The translations under genes and the position numbers were made by a program. Positions 48,976 through 58,816 of a DNA stretch of 64,000 nucleotides are shown piece by piece. Position 1 is the first letter of the stretch. Every line of letters starts with the position of its first letter. The DNA is from Oceanispirochaeta sp. (lineage in GTDB: Bacteria > Spirochaetota > Spirochaetia > DSM-2461). The notes under the pieces were generated by a model. That model saw only the letters and a program-made list of their open reading frames with translations. It was not told the DNA's origin and searched no databases. The DNA lies in contig CAXXXD010000003.1 of assembly GCA_963663385.2 (NCBI GenBank), forward strand, positions 1,184,001-1,248,000, read 5' to 3'.

Positions 48976-49335
48976 TTACGCTCCTAAAGATGATTTTGCT
49001 TTTTCAACAAGGGCGGAGAATCCTTTGGGATCTTCAATAGCCATGTTGGAAAGAGATTTTCTATTAATCTCAATACCTGCAATATTCAGACCATTGATAA
49101 ATCTGGAATAGGTAATCCCCTGTTCTCTACAAGCTGCTGAGATTCTGGCAATCCATAACTGTCTGAAATCTCTTTTTTTTACTTTTCTGTCTCTGTAGGC
49201 ATACTGACCAGCTTTTACAACTGCATCTTTGGCTACGCGGTGAAGCTTACTTCTTCGTCCCCAGTAACCTTTTGCCTCTTTCAGGATTTTTTTCCTGTGA
49301 TCTTTTCTCTTTTTTCCGTCAACCGCTCTGGGCAT
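48976..49335 (-). CDS. rplT: 50S ribosomal protein L20
   Basis: [25 protein letters not shown]. Confidence 0.98.
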   Translation of the reverse strand: MPRAVDGKKRKDHRKKILKEAKGYWGRRSKLHRVAKDAVVKAGQYAYRDRKVKKRDFRQLWIARISAACREQGITYSRFINGLNIAGIEINRKSLSNMAIEDPKGFSALVEKAKSSLGA

Positions 49336-49349
49336 AACTTAATCCTTCC

Positions 49350-49547
49350 TTAACCGTAGGGTAATAAAACTTTCAATCTTGGAATCTCAGTTTTACTGAC
49401 AACATCAGGATGTCTGAGTTTCCTTTTTCTTTTGGCAGATTTTTTGGTTAAGATGTGACGAGTCGCCTGTTTCTTATACTTGGCTTTACCAGTTCCTGTC
49501 ATCTTAAACCGCTTCGCTGCACTCTTACGTGTCTTCATTTTCGGCAT
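49350..49547 (-). CDS. rpmI: 50S ribosomal protein L35
   Basis: [15 protein letters not shown]. Confidence 0.98.
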   Translation of the reverse strand: MPKMKTRKSAAKRFKMTGTGKAKYKKQATRHILTKKSAKRKRKLRHPDVVSKTEIPRLKVLLPYG

Positions 49548-49560
49548 ATGAATCCCTCTA

Positions 49561-50085
49561 CTATTTTTTTGCTTTCGGGCTCAAAAGCATAGACATAAAC
49601 CGACCTTCCATACGGGGCGGGTTGTCTATGTTGAATGAACCCTCTTCCAGCAGTTCAATTAACTTATCAAGAACAACTCTTCCCAGTTCGGTATGCGCCA
49701 TTTCACGTCCCCGGAATCGAATTGTAACTTTCACTTTATTGCCACCGTCCAGGAACTCCTGAACGTGTTTGGTTTTAAAAGCAAGATCGTGCTTTTCTAT
49801 CTTGGGCTGCATCCTGACTTCTTTAAGCTTTACAAGTTTCTGCTTCTTCTTCTGTTCCCGGTTCTTTTTTTCCAGGTCAAACTTGTATTTTCCGTAATTC
49901 AGGATTTTGCAGACAGGAGGCTTGGACTGAGGAGCTACCTCTACCAGATCAATACCCGCCTCTTTCGCCATTTCCAGCGCTTCCCGGGTTGGGACGATTC
50001 CCTTCTGGTTTCCCTCTTCGTCGATGAGTCTTACTTCTCGCACTCGGATTTGTTCATTTATCCGCAAATCTTTAACAGCCAACAC
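49561..50085 (-). CDS. infC: Translation initiation factor IF-3 (non-ATG start, GTG 50085 or TTG 50082)
   Basis: RINEQIR..EVRLI, PPVCKI, FRGRE. Confidence 0.97.
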   Translation of the reverse strand: MLAVKDLRINEQIRVREVRLIDEEGNQKGIVPTREALEMAKEAGIDLVEVAPQSKPPVCKILNYGKYKFDLEKKNREQKKKQKLVKLKEVRMQPKIEKHDLAFKTKHVQEFLDGGNKVKVTIRFRGREMAHTELGRVVLDKLIELLEEGSFNIDNPPRMEGRFMSMLLSPKAKK

Positions 50086-50139
50086 TACTCCTTAGAATTA
50101 TCCAAAAAATGAATAACGCCTTTTTAACAAATTTTAAAA

Positions 50140-50168
50140 AATATAACATGTCAGCCCTTAAGAGTCAA
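50140..50168 (-). promoter_or_regulatory. sigma70 promoter of the infC operon
   Basis: TTGACT-N17-TATATT with TG extension. Confidence 0.7.
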
Positions 50169-50288
50169 AGGGCAGGCTTAAACACTTTATTAACTAACCG
50201 CAAGGAATATATCGAATTTATCAGATTGTGTCCATAGATGATATGATTGTTGTATCTTCTTACTTTTCATGATACAAATTGATTCAGT

Positions 50289-50924
50289 ATGAATTTATTT
50301 TTTATCAGCGTAATGCCACTAATTTACTGGGCTGTTCAGAGCCTTTTTGAAAACACAAACGTCAGTATAAAGGATATATTGCTACCTTTTATATATGGTG
50401 TTGTAGTTGCAGTCCCTGTCATTCTCCTCTATTGGGCGATGGATGTATATTTCTTTCTGTCCTGGAATCCTGCAGGTCTCTATTTCTACACCCTGCTTAA
50501 TAAAGAAGGATTTATTTTTTATCCGCTAACAGTGCTGCTGGCGATTGTTTTCCGGAAAAAGGACGATGGAACCTTCTATCTGCGTGAGTTCTTTGGTCTT
50601 TTCTGCGGATATTTTTTCCTTATTAGCTCAATTGAATTAATGACAGGTGATATATTTTCCGTTTATGATCTGTTGCTGCTTCCATTGGTTCGTTTTATTA
50701 CTCTTAGTTCTGCCAGTGTATTACTGAATCGCCTAATACGTTCCTCCGGTAGGGTGAAATACTACTATGGAGCCGCTTTATTCCTACTGCCTCTTATACT
50801 GAATTTCCTTATCCTTTTTGAATATCTTAACAAGGCAGTTCTTTTCTATTTGATTTTTATTCCTGTATTATTAATGGCAGCCGCAGGCCCTGTACTGGAA
50901 ACACAGAACAAGATACCCGGATAA
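50289..50924 (+). CDS. Hypothetical integral membrane protein
   Basis: About 7 hydrophobic segments. Confidence 0.75.
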   Translation: MNLFFISVMPLIYWAVQSLFENTNVSIKDILLPFIYGVVVAVPVILLYWAMDVYFFLSWNPAGLYFYTLLNKEGFIFYPLTVLLAIVFRKKDDGTFYLREFFGLFCGYFFLISSIELMTGDIFSVYDLLLLPLVRFITLSSASVLLNRLIRSSGRVKYYYGAALFLLPLILNFLILFEYLNKAVLFYLIFIPVLLMAAAGPVLETQNKIPG

Positions 50925-50933
50925 GAGCTATTA

Positions 50934-51794
50934 ATGTTAAAGCGATCAATCACGCTTACTTTTTCTATCCTTATTATATGTTCCTGCCACATGGGTAAAG
51001 TTCTTGTTGTTACAGATCCTTACTGGAACAGTTTCTCCGGAAGTTCATCTTTTATTTATCAGATAAAAAGCTATATACCATTTGTAAAAAGCGGAGTAAT
51101 GCCTCATTTTGAGACTTATACAGGATCCTCGGCCGAATTCATGATATGGTATGATGAACTCCTTAAACGAGATGATTATGAATCAATTTTGGTTACTTAT
51201 CCGTATGCATTATTTATAGATGATATTGAAAAGGACTTTTCTGAAATAACAGTTCTGGGAGGGGCTGTCGAATACACAGGCAAAAACATAAAACATGTTG
51301 TAAATGAGTATTCGGGAGCTTTTTATGAAGCAGGCAGAGAACTTTATCGTTTATGGAGTGAAGAGGGCAGGAGGCCGGTTGTTGTATTCTGGAAAAGGGA
51401 TCAACACTATTCAGGGGAATTTTCCGCCTTGAAAGAAGGCTGGGGAGAAAAGAATCCCGAGTTTCTAGAAAGCAATCTCCTGATATTGGATGGGAACAGT
51501 TCCGACCGGCAGGGAAAGTTAAAAAGCCTTTATAATAGAATTGATTTTCAAAACGGATTGTGGTCCTTGTTTGTTTATGCAGAACCGGCTTTGGCTGAAG
51601 TGATAAAAACCTGGCCCTATGAAGCAGATGTGTATGGGATACTGGTTTCTCAGGATAGTAAAGTACTTCCTCAAAATGTCAGGAAGATAATATGCAGGAA
51701 TTTCGCAGGAATGATTGAAGAAGCAGCCCGTCTGTCAGGGCAGGATTCCGGTGAGAAAACCAGTGTTGTAAATGCCATTTTTAAAAATAGATAG
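50934..51794 (+). CDS. Hypothetical lipoprotein
   Basis: Signal peptide ending ICS-C. Confidence 0.7.
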   Translation: MLKRSITLTFSILIICSCHMGKVLVVTDPYWNSFSGSSSFIYQIKSYIPFVKSGVMPHFETYTGSSAEFMIWYDELLKRDDYESILVTYPYALFIDDIEKDFSEITVLGGAVEYTGKNIKHVVNEYSGAFYEAGRELYRLWSEEGRRPVVVFWKRDQHYSGEFSALKEGWGEKNPEFLESNLLILDGNSSDRQGKLKSLYNRIDFQNGLWSLFVYAEPALAEVIKTWPYEADVYGILVSQDSKVLPQNVRKIICRNFAGMIEEAARLSGQDSGEKTSVVNAIFKNR

Positions 51795-51851
51795 ACGTTC
51801 AAACATGGTGGTTTAGTTTATTGTTTAACAAGAATAAAAACTAAAAAAGGT

Positions 51852-51880
51852 TTGACATGAAATACGTGGAGAAATATAAT
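51852..51880 (+). promoter_or_regulatory. Consensus sigma70 promoter of the flaA pair
   Basis: TTGACA-N17-TATAAT, perfect match. Confidence 0.85.
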
Positions 51881-51934
51881 TCATTTTGAATAAAAATATT
51901 TTTGTTTTCTTTGTTTAATAATAAGGAGTTTATA

Positions 51935-52717
51935 ATGAGACATGGCTGCCTGTTTCTTTCAGGCTTATTGATTCTGGTTACTCTTAGCACAGGTTTTCTG
52001 TTTGCTGATGAGAAAACTCTTAAGCTTGAATCGTATGTAATTGAGACTTTTGATGGTCCTGGATCCGCCTTGCACGAAGATGGTAGTCCGGTAGTGTGGC
52101 AGGTAATGGGTAGTAAGTTCTCTACTGAAGGGTTCCCCAGAATGACCTACGTTCCCGGTGAATGGCCGGATGATCTTTTTGGACCAAATCCGGAAAATGC
52201 TGATGAACTTCAGGTTCTCGGTGTCAATTCCAGATTTGACAGAAAAGGCTATAATCAGATTGAGATTATTCCCGGAATCGGAGAAGGAGATGATTGGGAA
52301 GCTAAACCAATCGGTCTGCCCGGTCGTGTAAAAACTGTTGATCTCTGGGTTTGGGGCTCACGCTACAAATATAGTATAGAAATGCATTTTATGGATTATC
52401 AGGGGCTGGCGTACAGGCTGGACTTGATACAATCCGATAATAAAAGGGAAGTCGGTAGTATTATGTTTTCCGGATGGAAAAATATGTACCTCGATATCCC
52501 CAGCTATATTAAACAGTCTGTAGTTTATCAGCCTGAATACAAAGGGCTGAGATTAACCAAGATTGTTGTATACACGCACCCCGATGAAAAAGTGAATAAT
52601 TTTTATGTCTACCTGGATCACCTGAAGGTACTTTCTGATAAACATGAATCTTACTATGACGGATTTAATTTAACATCTCCTGAAAAAATTGAGGAGATCT
52701 GGGGTCAAGGAGAGTAA
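51935..52717 (+). CDS. flaA: Flagellar filament outer-layer (sheath) protein FlaA
   Basis: Signal peptide; FDRKGYNQIEI, LPGRVKTVDLWVWGS, FSGWKNM; start at ATG 51935 behind SD AAGGAG. Confidence 0.88.
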   Translation: MRHGCLFLSGLLILVTLSTGFLFADEKTLKLESYVIETFDGPGSALHEDGSPVVWQVMGSKFSTEGFPRMTYVPGEWPDDLFGPNPENADELQVLGVNSRFDRKGYNQIEIIPGIGEGDDWEAKPIGLPGRVKTVDLWVWGSRYKYSIEMHFMDYQGLAYRLDLIQSDNKREVGSIMFSGWKNMYLDIPSYIKQSVVYQPEYKGLRLTKIVVYTHPDEKVNNFYVYLDHLKVLSDKHESYYDGFNLTSPEKIEEIWGQGE

Positions 52718-52720
52718 TCG

Positions 52721-53428
52721 ATGAAAAGGTTTTTAAGTAGCTTAATAATTGTCTCTGTTTTCACCGGTACTATGCTTATAGCGCAGGATGCCGGATCACC
52801 AAATGCCAATCAGATTGGAGTAGATTCTGCCCAGCAGAAACTGCAGGAAGTTTCCGTTTCCAAATTTGAAGATGCCGGACTGTGGTATGGCGTTATGGCC
52901 GCGGATGAGGGTATCATACAGTTGAGACGCTTTGAAGGATCTCCTTTGGATAAGGAACCTGTTGAAGGTGAAGTTGAAGCCGGTATTCAGGAACCGGATG
53001 ATAATGTTCTTGGCGCTAAGGTTTCTTTCTATAAAAGATCCTTAAGTACTTTTTCAATCAGACCGGTTCGTCCTCTTCCTATTGAGGGAATCACAAAGAC
53101 CCTGTCTGTGTGGGTTGCCGGTAGAAATACCAACCATATCCTTCAACTGGAGATTTCAGATCATTTTGGAAATATCGCCTATATAAATATGGGTAAATTG
53201 AACTTTGTTGGTTGGAAAAAAGTAACAGTTTCTGTTCCTCCGACAATTGTTCAGAGGGATTATCACTACAATAATAAAATGGGTATTACCATACAGGGAT
53301 TCAATATACTCTGTGATCTGGATGAAACCTATGGCAAGTATTACTTCTATCTGGATGATTTGAGGGCTGTAACGGATCTGTTTGCTGAAGATAGCAGGGA
53401 TGTGGATGATATTCTGGATTCCTGGTGA
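52721..53428 (+). CDS. flaA: Flagellar filament outer-layer protein FlaA (second paralog)
   Basis: PIEGITKTLSVWVAGR, LNFVGWKK, YFYLDDLRAVTDLF. Confidence 0.88.
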   Translation: MKRFLSSLIIVSVFTGTMLIAQDAGSPNANQIGVDSAQQKLQEVSVSKFEDAGLWYGVMAADEGIIQLRRFEGSPLDKEPVEGEVEAGIQEPDDNVLGAKVSFYKRSLSTFSIRPVRPLPIEGITKTLSVWVAGRNTNHILQLEISDHFGNIAYINMGKLNFVGWKKVTVSVPPTIVQRDYHYNNKMGITIQGFNILCDLDETYGKYYFYLDDLRAVTDLFAEDSRDVDDILDSW

Positions 53429-53458
53429 TCAGATAGAAAGTCAACTCATTTGATATAT

Positions 53459-53488
53459 AAAAAAGCCTGTATTAAAGCAGGCTTTTTT
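53459..53488. terminator. Bidirectional terminator
   Basis: AAAAAAGCCTG-TATTAAAG-CAGGCTTTTTT. Confidence 0.8.
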
Positions 53489-53497
53489 ATTTGATAT

Positions 53498-54295
53498 TCA
53501 GATGTTCTGTAAATCAGTGAATGATCTGAAATTCCTATTTATTCTGTCAATTAAATCATTCAATGAGATTTTCTTTTTCTCGGCTATCATTTCATAGATG
53601 TAGCCGATTCTGCCGGGATGATTTATTTTACCCCTTTTGGGATGCGGCGAAAGGTAGGGCGAATCCGTTTCTGTAAGCAGTTGTTTCAAAGGAATCCAGT
53701 CTAAAGCATCCCTGATATTCTGTGCATTTTTAAAGGTGGAATTCCCTGCAAGTGAAATCATAAAACCTTTTTCTACTGCCAGTTTTCCCAGATCCGGATC
53801 ACCGGGGAAACAGTGCAATACGGCACCAAAGGGAAAGTCTCGTTCTGCTATCCATTCAGACAGCTCTTTTTCCGCAGATCGACAATGAAAAATCAGAGGC
53901 TTTTTTACTTCTTTTGATAGAGAGTAGTGAAGATCCAGCAGGGAGTACTGATCTTTTCTGCAGGAGTGATCTCTGAAGAAATCAAGACCAGTTTCTCCCA
54001 GGGCCTTTACAGATGGGTGCTGAGCCTGTTCTTTCAGAATACTATGATAATCTTCCGGCCATTCACCAGACGGGATGTTGGGGTGTATACCGGCAGCCAG
54101 AAAAAGCCCCTTATGATCGTCGAGAAAGGTCAGCCTTTGTTCAAAGTCACCCAGTTGAACTCCCGCATCCAATAGAAAATCCATGCCCTCTGAAGCTAAT
54201 TGTCTGAGCAGCTCGTGGACATCAATTCCTTTGCGAATCATCTCCTGAGTGTGAAAATGACTGTCGATCATTCCTTTTTCAATATGCAGGTTCAT
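53498..54295 (-). CDS. tatD: TatD family hydrolase
   Basis: IDSHFH, GIHP, GETGLD, HCR, HCF, ETDSPYL; exact start uncertain. Confidence 0.92.
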   Translation of the reverse strand: MNLHIEKGMIDSHFHTQEMIRKGIDVHELLRQLASEGMDFLLDAGVQLGDFEQRLTFLDDHKGLFLAAGIHPNIPSGEWPEDYHSILKEQAQHPSVKALGETGLDFFRDHSCRKDQYSLLDLHYSLSKEVKKPLIFHCRSAEKELSEWIAERDFPFGAVLHCFPGDPDLGKLAVEKGFMISLAGNSTFKNAQNIRDALDWIPLKQLLTETDSPYLSPHPKRGKINHPGRIGYIYEMIAEKKKISLNDLIDRINRNFRSFTDLQNI

Positions 54296-54311
54296 TATTA
54301 CCATTTCCCTC

Positions 54312-54342
54312 AAAAAAAACCCTGCCTTAAAGCAGGGTTTTT
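54312..54342 (-). terminator. Terminator after fba
   Basis: AAAAAAAACCCTGC-CTTAAA-GCAGGGTTTTT. Confidence 0.8.
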
Positions 54343-54376
54343 ACTTTATGAAATTTTCTACTTTACGAAGAATCTA

Positions 54377-55372
54377 TTAAGCGTGCCCGGCAGAACCGAG
54401 TACGTTTTCATTCTTCAGTTTGTAAATTGCCTTCAGAGATTCTCTTGCAGGACCAAGATATTTTCTGGGGTCAAATTCCGCAGGATTCTCAGCCATAACT
54501 TTTCTGATAGCAGCGGTCATGGCAAGACGGCCATCGGAGTCGATATTGATTTTACAAACAGCAGATTTAGCTGCTTTTCTCAGCTGTTCTTCTGGGATAC
54601 CTACAGCATCTTTCAGCTTTCCGCCATTAGCATTGATGATTGCTACCTGATCCTGGGGTACAGAAGAAGATCCGTGAAGAACGATGGGGAATCCGGGGAT
54701 TCTCTTTTCGATTTCTTCCAGGATGTCGAAGCGAAGGGGAGGTGGTACAAGTATACCGTCAGCATTCTTGGTGCACTGAGCAGGAGTAAACTTGTTAGCT
54801 CCGTGAGAAGTTCCGATAGAGATGGCCAGTGAATCTACGCCGGTTTTCTTTACGAAATCTTCTACTTCTTCGGGTTTTGTGTAGGTGGAAGTCTCGGCTA
54901 CTACATCATCTTCCACACCGGCCAGAACACCGAGTTCTCCTTCAACAGTTACATCGAACTGATGTGCATACTCTACAACTTTTTTTGTAAGAGCAACATT
55001 CTCTTCGTATGAGTGGTGTGAACCATCAATCATTACGGAAGAGAAGCCGTTGTCGATACAGTCTTTACACAGCTCAAAAGTATCACCGTGGTCAAGGTGC
55101 AGTGCGATAGGAATTTCGTATCCCAGTTCTTTTGCATATTCTACAGCACCTTTGGCCATGTTTCTCAGCAGAGTTCCATTAGCATATTTTCTGGCACCGG
55201 AAGAAACCTGCAGGATTACTGGAGATTTTGTTTCAACACAAGCCTGAATAATAGCCTGCATCTGTTCCATGTTGTTGAAGTTATATGCAGGAACAGCATA
55301 ACCGCCTGCAACAGCCTTTTTAAACATTTCTGTCGTATTTGATAAACCAAGTTCTTTATAGCTTGTCATCAT
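54377..55372 (-). CDS. fba: Class II fructose-bisphosphate aldolase
   Basis: LHLDHG, SVMIDGS, GTSHG, VLHGSS, KINIDSD, FDPRKY. Confidence 0.97.
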   Translation of the reverse strand: MMTSYKELGLSNTTEMFKKAVAGGYAVPAYNFNNMEQMQAIIQACVETKSPVILQVSSGARKYANGTLLRNMAKGAVEYAKELGYEIPIALHLDHGDTFELCKDCIDNGFSSVMIDGSHHSYEENVALTKKVVEYAHQFDVTVEGELGVLAGVEDDVVAETSTYTKPEEVEDFVKKTGVDSLAISIGTSHGANKFTPAQCTKNADGILVPPPLRFDILEEIEKRIPGFPIVLHGSSSVPQDQVAIINANGGKLKDAVGIPEEQLRKAAKSAVCKINIDSDGRLAMTAAIRKVMAENPAEFDPRKYLGPARESLKAIYKLKNENVLGSAGHA

Positions 55373-55409
55373 TTACTCCTTCGAAAGTAAATCGATAAAT
55401 TTTGTTATT

Positions 55410-55438
55410 AATATAGGCATCTGGCAAAATGGTGTCAA
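55410..55438 (-). promoter_or_regulatory. sigma70 promoter of fba
   Basis: TTGACA-N17-TATATT. Confidence 0.75.
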
Positions 55439-55581
55439 GGGAACCCAATTCATAATTCCTTTGTAATTCTAAAAATGCGTTAATAAAAACAGACTTGATT
55501 ATCTTCTTGGAATTCCTGACTTTTTTTAAATAAAACGGATTGACCAAGGGAGTAAAGACAGATAATATACCATCGTGTGTC

Positions 55582-55666
55582 GCCGGTGTGGTGGAATTGG
55601 TAGACACCCGAGACTTAAAATCTCGTGGGCTTATAGCCCGTACCGGTTCAAGTCCGGTCACCGGCA
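55582..55666 (+). tRNA. tRNA-Leu (anticodon TAA), CCA not encoded
   Basis: Acceptor GCCGGTG/CACCGGC+A; D-arm GTGGAATTGGTAGACAC; anticodon arm CGAGA-CTTAAAA-TCTCG; long variable arm; T-arm ACCGG-TTCAAGT-CCGGT. Confidence 0.97.
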
Positions 55667-55676
55667 CAATTTTTAG

Positions 55677-55716
55677 AAGGCTAATTTTTTGCTAGGCAGA
55701 AAGTTAGCCTTTTTTT
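55677..55716 (+). terminator. Terminator after tRNA-Leu
   Basis: AAGGCTAATTTTTTGC-TAG-GCAGAAAGTTAGCCTT followed by a T-tract. Confidence 0.7.
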
Positions 55717-55729
55717 ATAGCTAATAGCA

Positions 55730-56425
55730 ATGAACAACAGACAAATCGAACTGCTCTGGCAGGATAATTACATAGGGCTGATCAATAAACCGGCCAATCT
55801 GATAATTCACAGGACAGCGATTTCCTCCGACAGGGATACCCTTGTTAGCCGGCTGCAGGAGCAGTTTGAAAATCCGCCTGTTCCAGTGCACCGCCTGGAC
55901 AGACCTGTTTCCGGACTGCTTATGGGGGCATTCGATACGGAAACGGCATCTGCCTTAAGCAGATCCTTCCGGGAAGGAGAGGTGGATAAGCGTTATATCG
56001 CCATAGTCCGGGGTATACCGGAGGAATCAGGCGAAATTACGATTGCCCTTAAAAACAGCAGAACCCTTGAAATGCAGGAATCCAGAACAACATACAGAAA
56101 GCTGGCAAGCATCGAACTTCCCCTTCCTTCAAGGAAATACCCGAAGACACGCTATTCTCTTATAGAGGCTTCTCCCAAGACAGGACGGTTTCATCAGATA
56201 AGAAGACACCTGGCCAGAATCGGCTATCCCATAATAGGGGATACGTCCCACGGGGATACTTTCTGTAATCATCAGTTTGAAAGGGAGTTCGGTATAGAAG
56301 GATTAATGCTTCACTCCTATTCCATCAACTTTATGCATCCTGTCGAAAAGGTGGAAAAAAACTTTTTCTGTCCTCTCAGGAACGAAATGGAGCAAATATG
56401 CAAAAAATTCCATTGGAATATATAA
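55730..56425 (+). CDS. RluA/TruC-family pseudouridine synthase
   Basis: NKPANL, HRLDRPVSG, TGRFHQIRRHL, PIIGD..HGD; TruC-like. Confidence 0.9.
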   Translation: MNNRQIELLWQDNYIGLINKPANLIIHRTAISSDRDTLVSRLQEQFENPPVPVHRLDRPVSGLLMGAFDTETASALSRSFREGEVDKRYIAIVRGIPEESGEITIALKNSRTLEMQESRTTYRKLASIELPLPSRKYPKTRYSLIEASPKTGRFHQIRRHLARIGYPIIGDTSHGDTFCNHQFEREFGIEGLMLHSYSINFMHPVEKVEKNFFCPLRNEMEQICKKFHWNI

Positions 56426-56515
56426 AATAACGTATAATGAAAATAATTTTCTGGTTGCGTCATCAAATTAAAAACTATACTTTATAATTATTAAACAAAA
56501 CCCGGATGGATCTTA

Positions 56516-58045
56516 ATGGCTAAATTGAATTTAAAATCTTCTCCTGAGAAGAACCTGCAGACACCGGAATTTTTCTGGAAAATCCTGGTTGTTGATGATG
56601 ATCCCGAAATCCACGCCATGACCCGGCTGGTTATGAAAGACTGGGTCTACCACAAGAGGGGAATGGAATTACTTTTTGCCGATTCTTCATCCGAAGCCAG
56701 AGCTATTCTGGAGGCTGAAAAAGGGATCTCCCTGATTCTGCTGGATGTAGTCATGGAAAATGACCATTCCGGGCTGGATCTGGTAAAGTATATCCGCGAA
56801 GTATTAAATAATAACCTTACCAGGATTATCCTCCGAACCGGGCAGCCTGGCAAAGCTCCCCTCCGAAAAGTCATTACAGATTACGAAATAAACGACTATA
56901 AAGAGAAAAATGAATTAACTGCCGATCGTCTTTATGTAGCGGTGACAGCGGCATTGAGAAGTTATGAAGATCTGCTGATTATCAAAAAAAACCGGGATGG
57001 TCTTGAAAAAGTCCTTAATGCCACTTCCAATCTTTTCGGGAACTTTTCTATCAGCGGTTTTGCCGAGGGAGTTCTGGGGCAGATTTCCGGATTGGTAGGA
57101 GCAAACGGTGACTCTCTTTTTATTCAGTATGATTCAATAATTAATGGTGAAAATATTTCAGATTCGGTAATTCTGGCAGGTTCCGGTAAATATACAGGAT
57201 ATACTGACAAAAGCCTTTCTGTCCTTGATGATGTTGATATAGTTTATAAAATCAAAAGATGCCTGGAAGAGAGAGGCAGTTATTTCAATGAAGATACATA
57301 CATCGGATTTTTCCCCGTTTCAGACACCATTCAGAATATTCTGATATTTTATGGTCTTCATAATATTGATTCTTTCAAACAGCAGCTTATCCGTCTTTTT
57401 TCTGCAAATGCCACTGTTGCCTTTTCCAATTTATACCTGAATAAGGAAATGGAAGAAACCCAGAGGGAAGTGATATGTACTCTTGGCGAAGTTGTGGAAT
57501 CCCGTTCCAAAGAGACAGCCAATCACATCCAGCGGGTAACAGAAATATCAATAATACTGGGTAGAGCTATCGGTCTTTCCGAAACAGACCTGAGGAATCT
57601 TCAAATGGCAGCGCCCATGCATGATGTCGGAAAAATTGGTATTCCTGATGAAATCCTTCATAAACCCGGACGGTTGAATCCGGATGAATTTGAAGTTATG
57701 AAGACTCATACGCTTGTTGGTTATGAAATTCTTAAAAGCTCTGGCAGAGATGTATTAAAAGCCGCGGCGTTAATTGCTCTGGAGCATCATGAACGCTGGG
57801 ATGGAACAGGATATCCCTATCAGAAAGCCGGAGAGGAAATATCCCTTATGGGGAGAATCATATCGATAGTTGATGTGTTTGATGCCTTATATAATAAAAG
57901 AATCTACAAAAAGCCATGGCCGCTGGAAAATATTATTTCTTTAGTTGAAGAGGAAAAAGGCTTTCATTTTGATCCTAAACTCGTTGATTTATTCCTGGAA
58001 AACATTGATGATATCGTTCAGATTCAGGAAAAAAATAAAGACTGA
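56516..58045 (+). CDS. Response regulator REC-DUF3369-HD-GYP phosphodiesterase
   Basis: VVDDD, LLDVVME, RIILRTGQPG; HDVGKIG, HHERWDGTGYP. Confidence 0.9.
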   Translation: MAKLNLKSSPEKNLQTPEFFWKILVVDDDPEIHAMTRLVMKDWVYHKRGMELLFADSSSEARAILEAEKGISLILLDVVMENDHSGLDLVKYIREVLNNNLTRIILRTGQPGKAPLRKVITDYEINDYKEKNELTADRLYVAVTAALRSYEDLLIIKKNRDGLEKVLNATSNLFGNFSISGFAEGVLGQISGLVGANGDSLFIQYDSIINGENISDSVILAGSGKYTGYTDKSLSVLDDVDIVYKIKRCLEERGSYFNEDTYIGFFPVSDTIQNILIFYGLHNIDSFKQQLIRLFSANATVAFSNLYLNKEMEETQREVICTLGEVVESRSKETANHIQRVTEISIILGRAIGLSETDLRNLQMAAPMHDVGKIGIPDEILHKPGRLNPDEFEVMKTHTLVGYEILKSSGRDVLKAAALIALEHHERWDGTGYPYQKAGEEISLMGRIISIVDVFDALYNKRIYKKPWPLENIISLVEEEKGFHFDPKLVDLFLENIDDIVQIQEKNKD

Positions 58046-58080
58046 ATATATAAATGTAAAATTTGTTCAGGAGATATTAT

Positions 58081-58761
58081 TTGAAAACCATATATAAAAT
58101 TTGTAATGGAATAATCAAAGGCATACTGCTTGTAACCTGTAAAATAGACCGGGATGAAATAAAAAAGATACCGATGGAGGGGCCATTTATCCTGGTCGCC
58201 AATCATATCAATTTTCTTGAAGCACCAATTCTATACCTGTTTATGCGTCCCAGACGTACCATAGCTCTGGCAAAAGCAGAGCTATGGGAACATCCCTTTA
58301 CAAGATTTTTAATGAATCTGTGGGAGGTCGTTCCCATTAAAAGAGGAGCTGCTGATTTTAATGGAATGAAGATGGCTTTTAATGTGCTTAAGGAAAATGA
58401 TTTTCTCTGTCTTGCTCCCGAAGGAACCCGCAGCAGAACGGGTCTGTTGAAAAAGGGTAAAGCCGGAGTCATCCTTTTTGCCCAGAAAGGAGCCGCTCCC
58501 ATTATTCCTATAGCCCATTGGGGGGGAGAATCCATTGGAAGGAATCTGAAAAGGTTCCGAAGAACTCCTGTAACAATCAAAGTGGGAGAACCATTACAGA
58601 TCAGAAAGGACCTTGATATAAAGATCGGATCCACTGAGCGGCAGGAAATTGCAGATGAAGCCATGATTGCCCTGGCAAGGCTAATGCCGGAAAAGTATCA
58701 CGGTTATTATACTGGCAGGACTCAGGACGATTTCAAATATCTTATTCCATTAAAAGAGTAA
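58081..58761 (+). CDS. Lysophospholipid acyltransferase (PlsC-like)
   Basis: NHINFLE, APEGTRS; TTG start at 58081 behind SD AGGAG. Confidence 0.88.
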   Translation: MKTIYKICNGIIKGILLVTCKIDRDEIKKIPMEGPFILVANHINFLEAPILYLFMRPRRTIALAKAELWEHPFTRFLMNLWEVVPIKRGAADFNGMKMAFNVLKENDFLCLAPEGTRSRTGLLKKGKAGVILFAQKGAAPIIPIAHWGGESIGRNLKRFRRTPVTIKVGEPLQIRKDLDIKIGSTERQEIADEAMIALARLMPEKYHGYYTGRTQDDFKYLIPLKE

Positions 58762-58816
58762 TATTTCTCTGAAATGGTATTATTGCACAATTCAATAGTT
58801 ATTCAGGAGACGTCAT

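Noticed and set aside
50086..50140. L20 leader RNA
   Set aside because: The predicted leader is short and AT-rich, with no recognisable structure.
54200..54832. 210-aa plus-strand ORF
   Set aside because: Antisense to fba and tatD, and crosses a terminator.
55356..55667. 103-aa minus-strand ORF; tRNA-Leu as an integration site
   Set aside because: The ORF is the antisense of the tRNA and promoters. No duplicated tRNA 3' end or integrase is seen, so the site appears empty.
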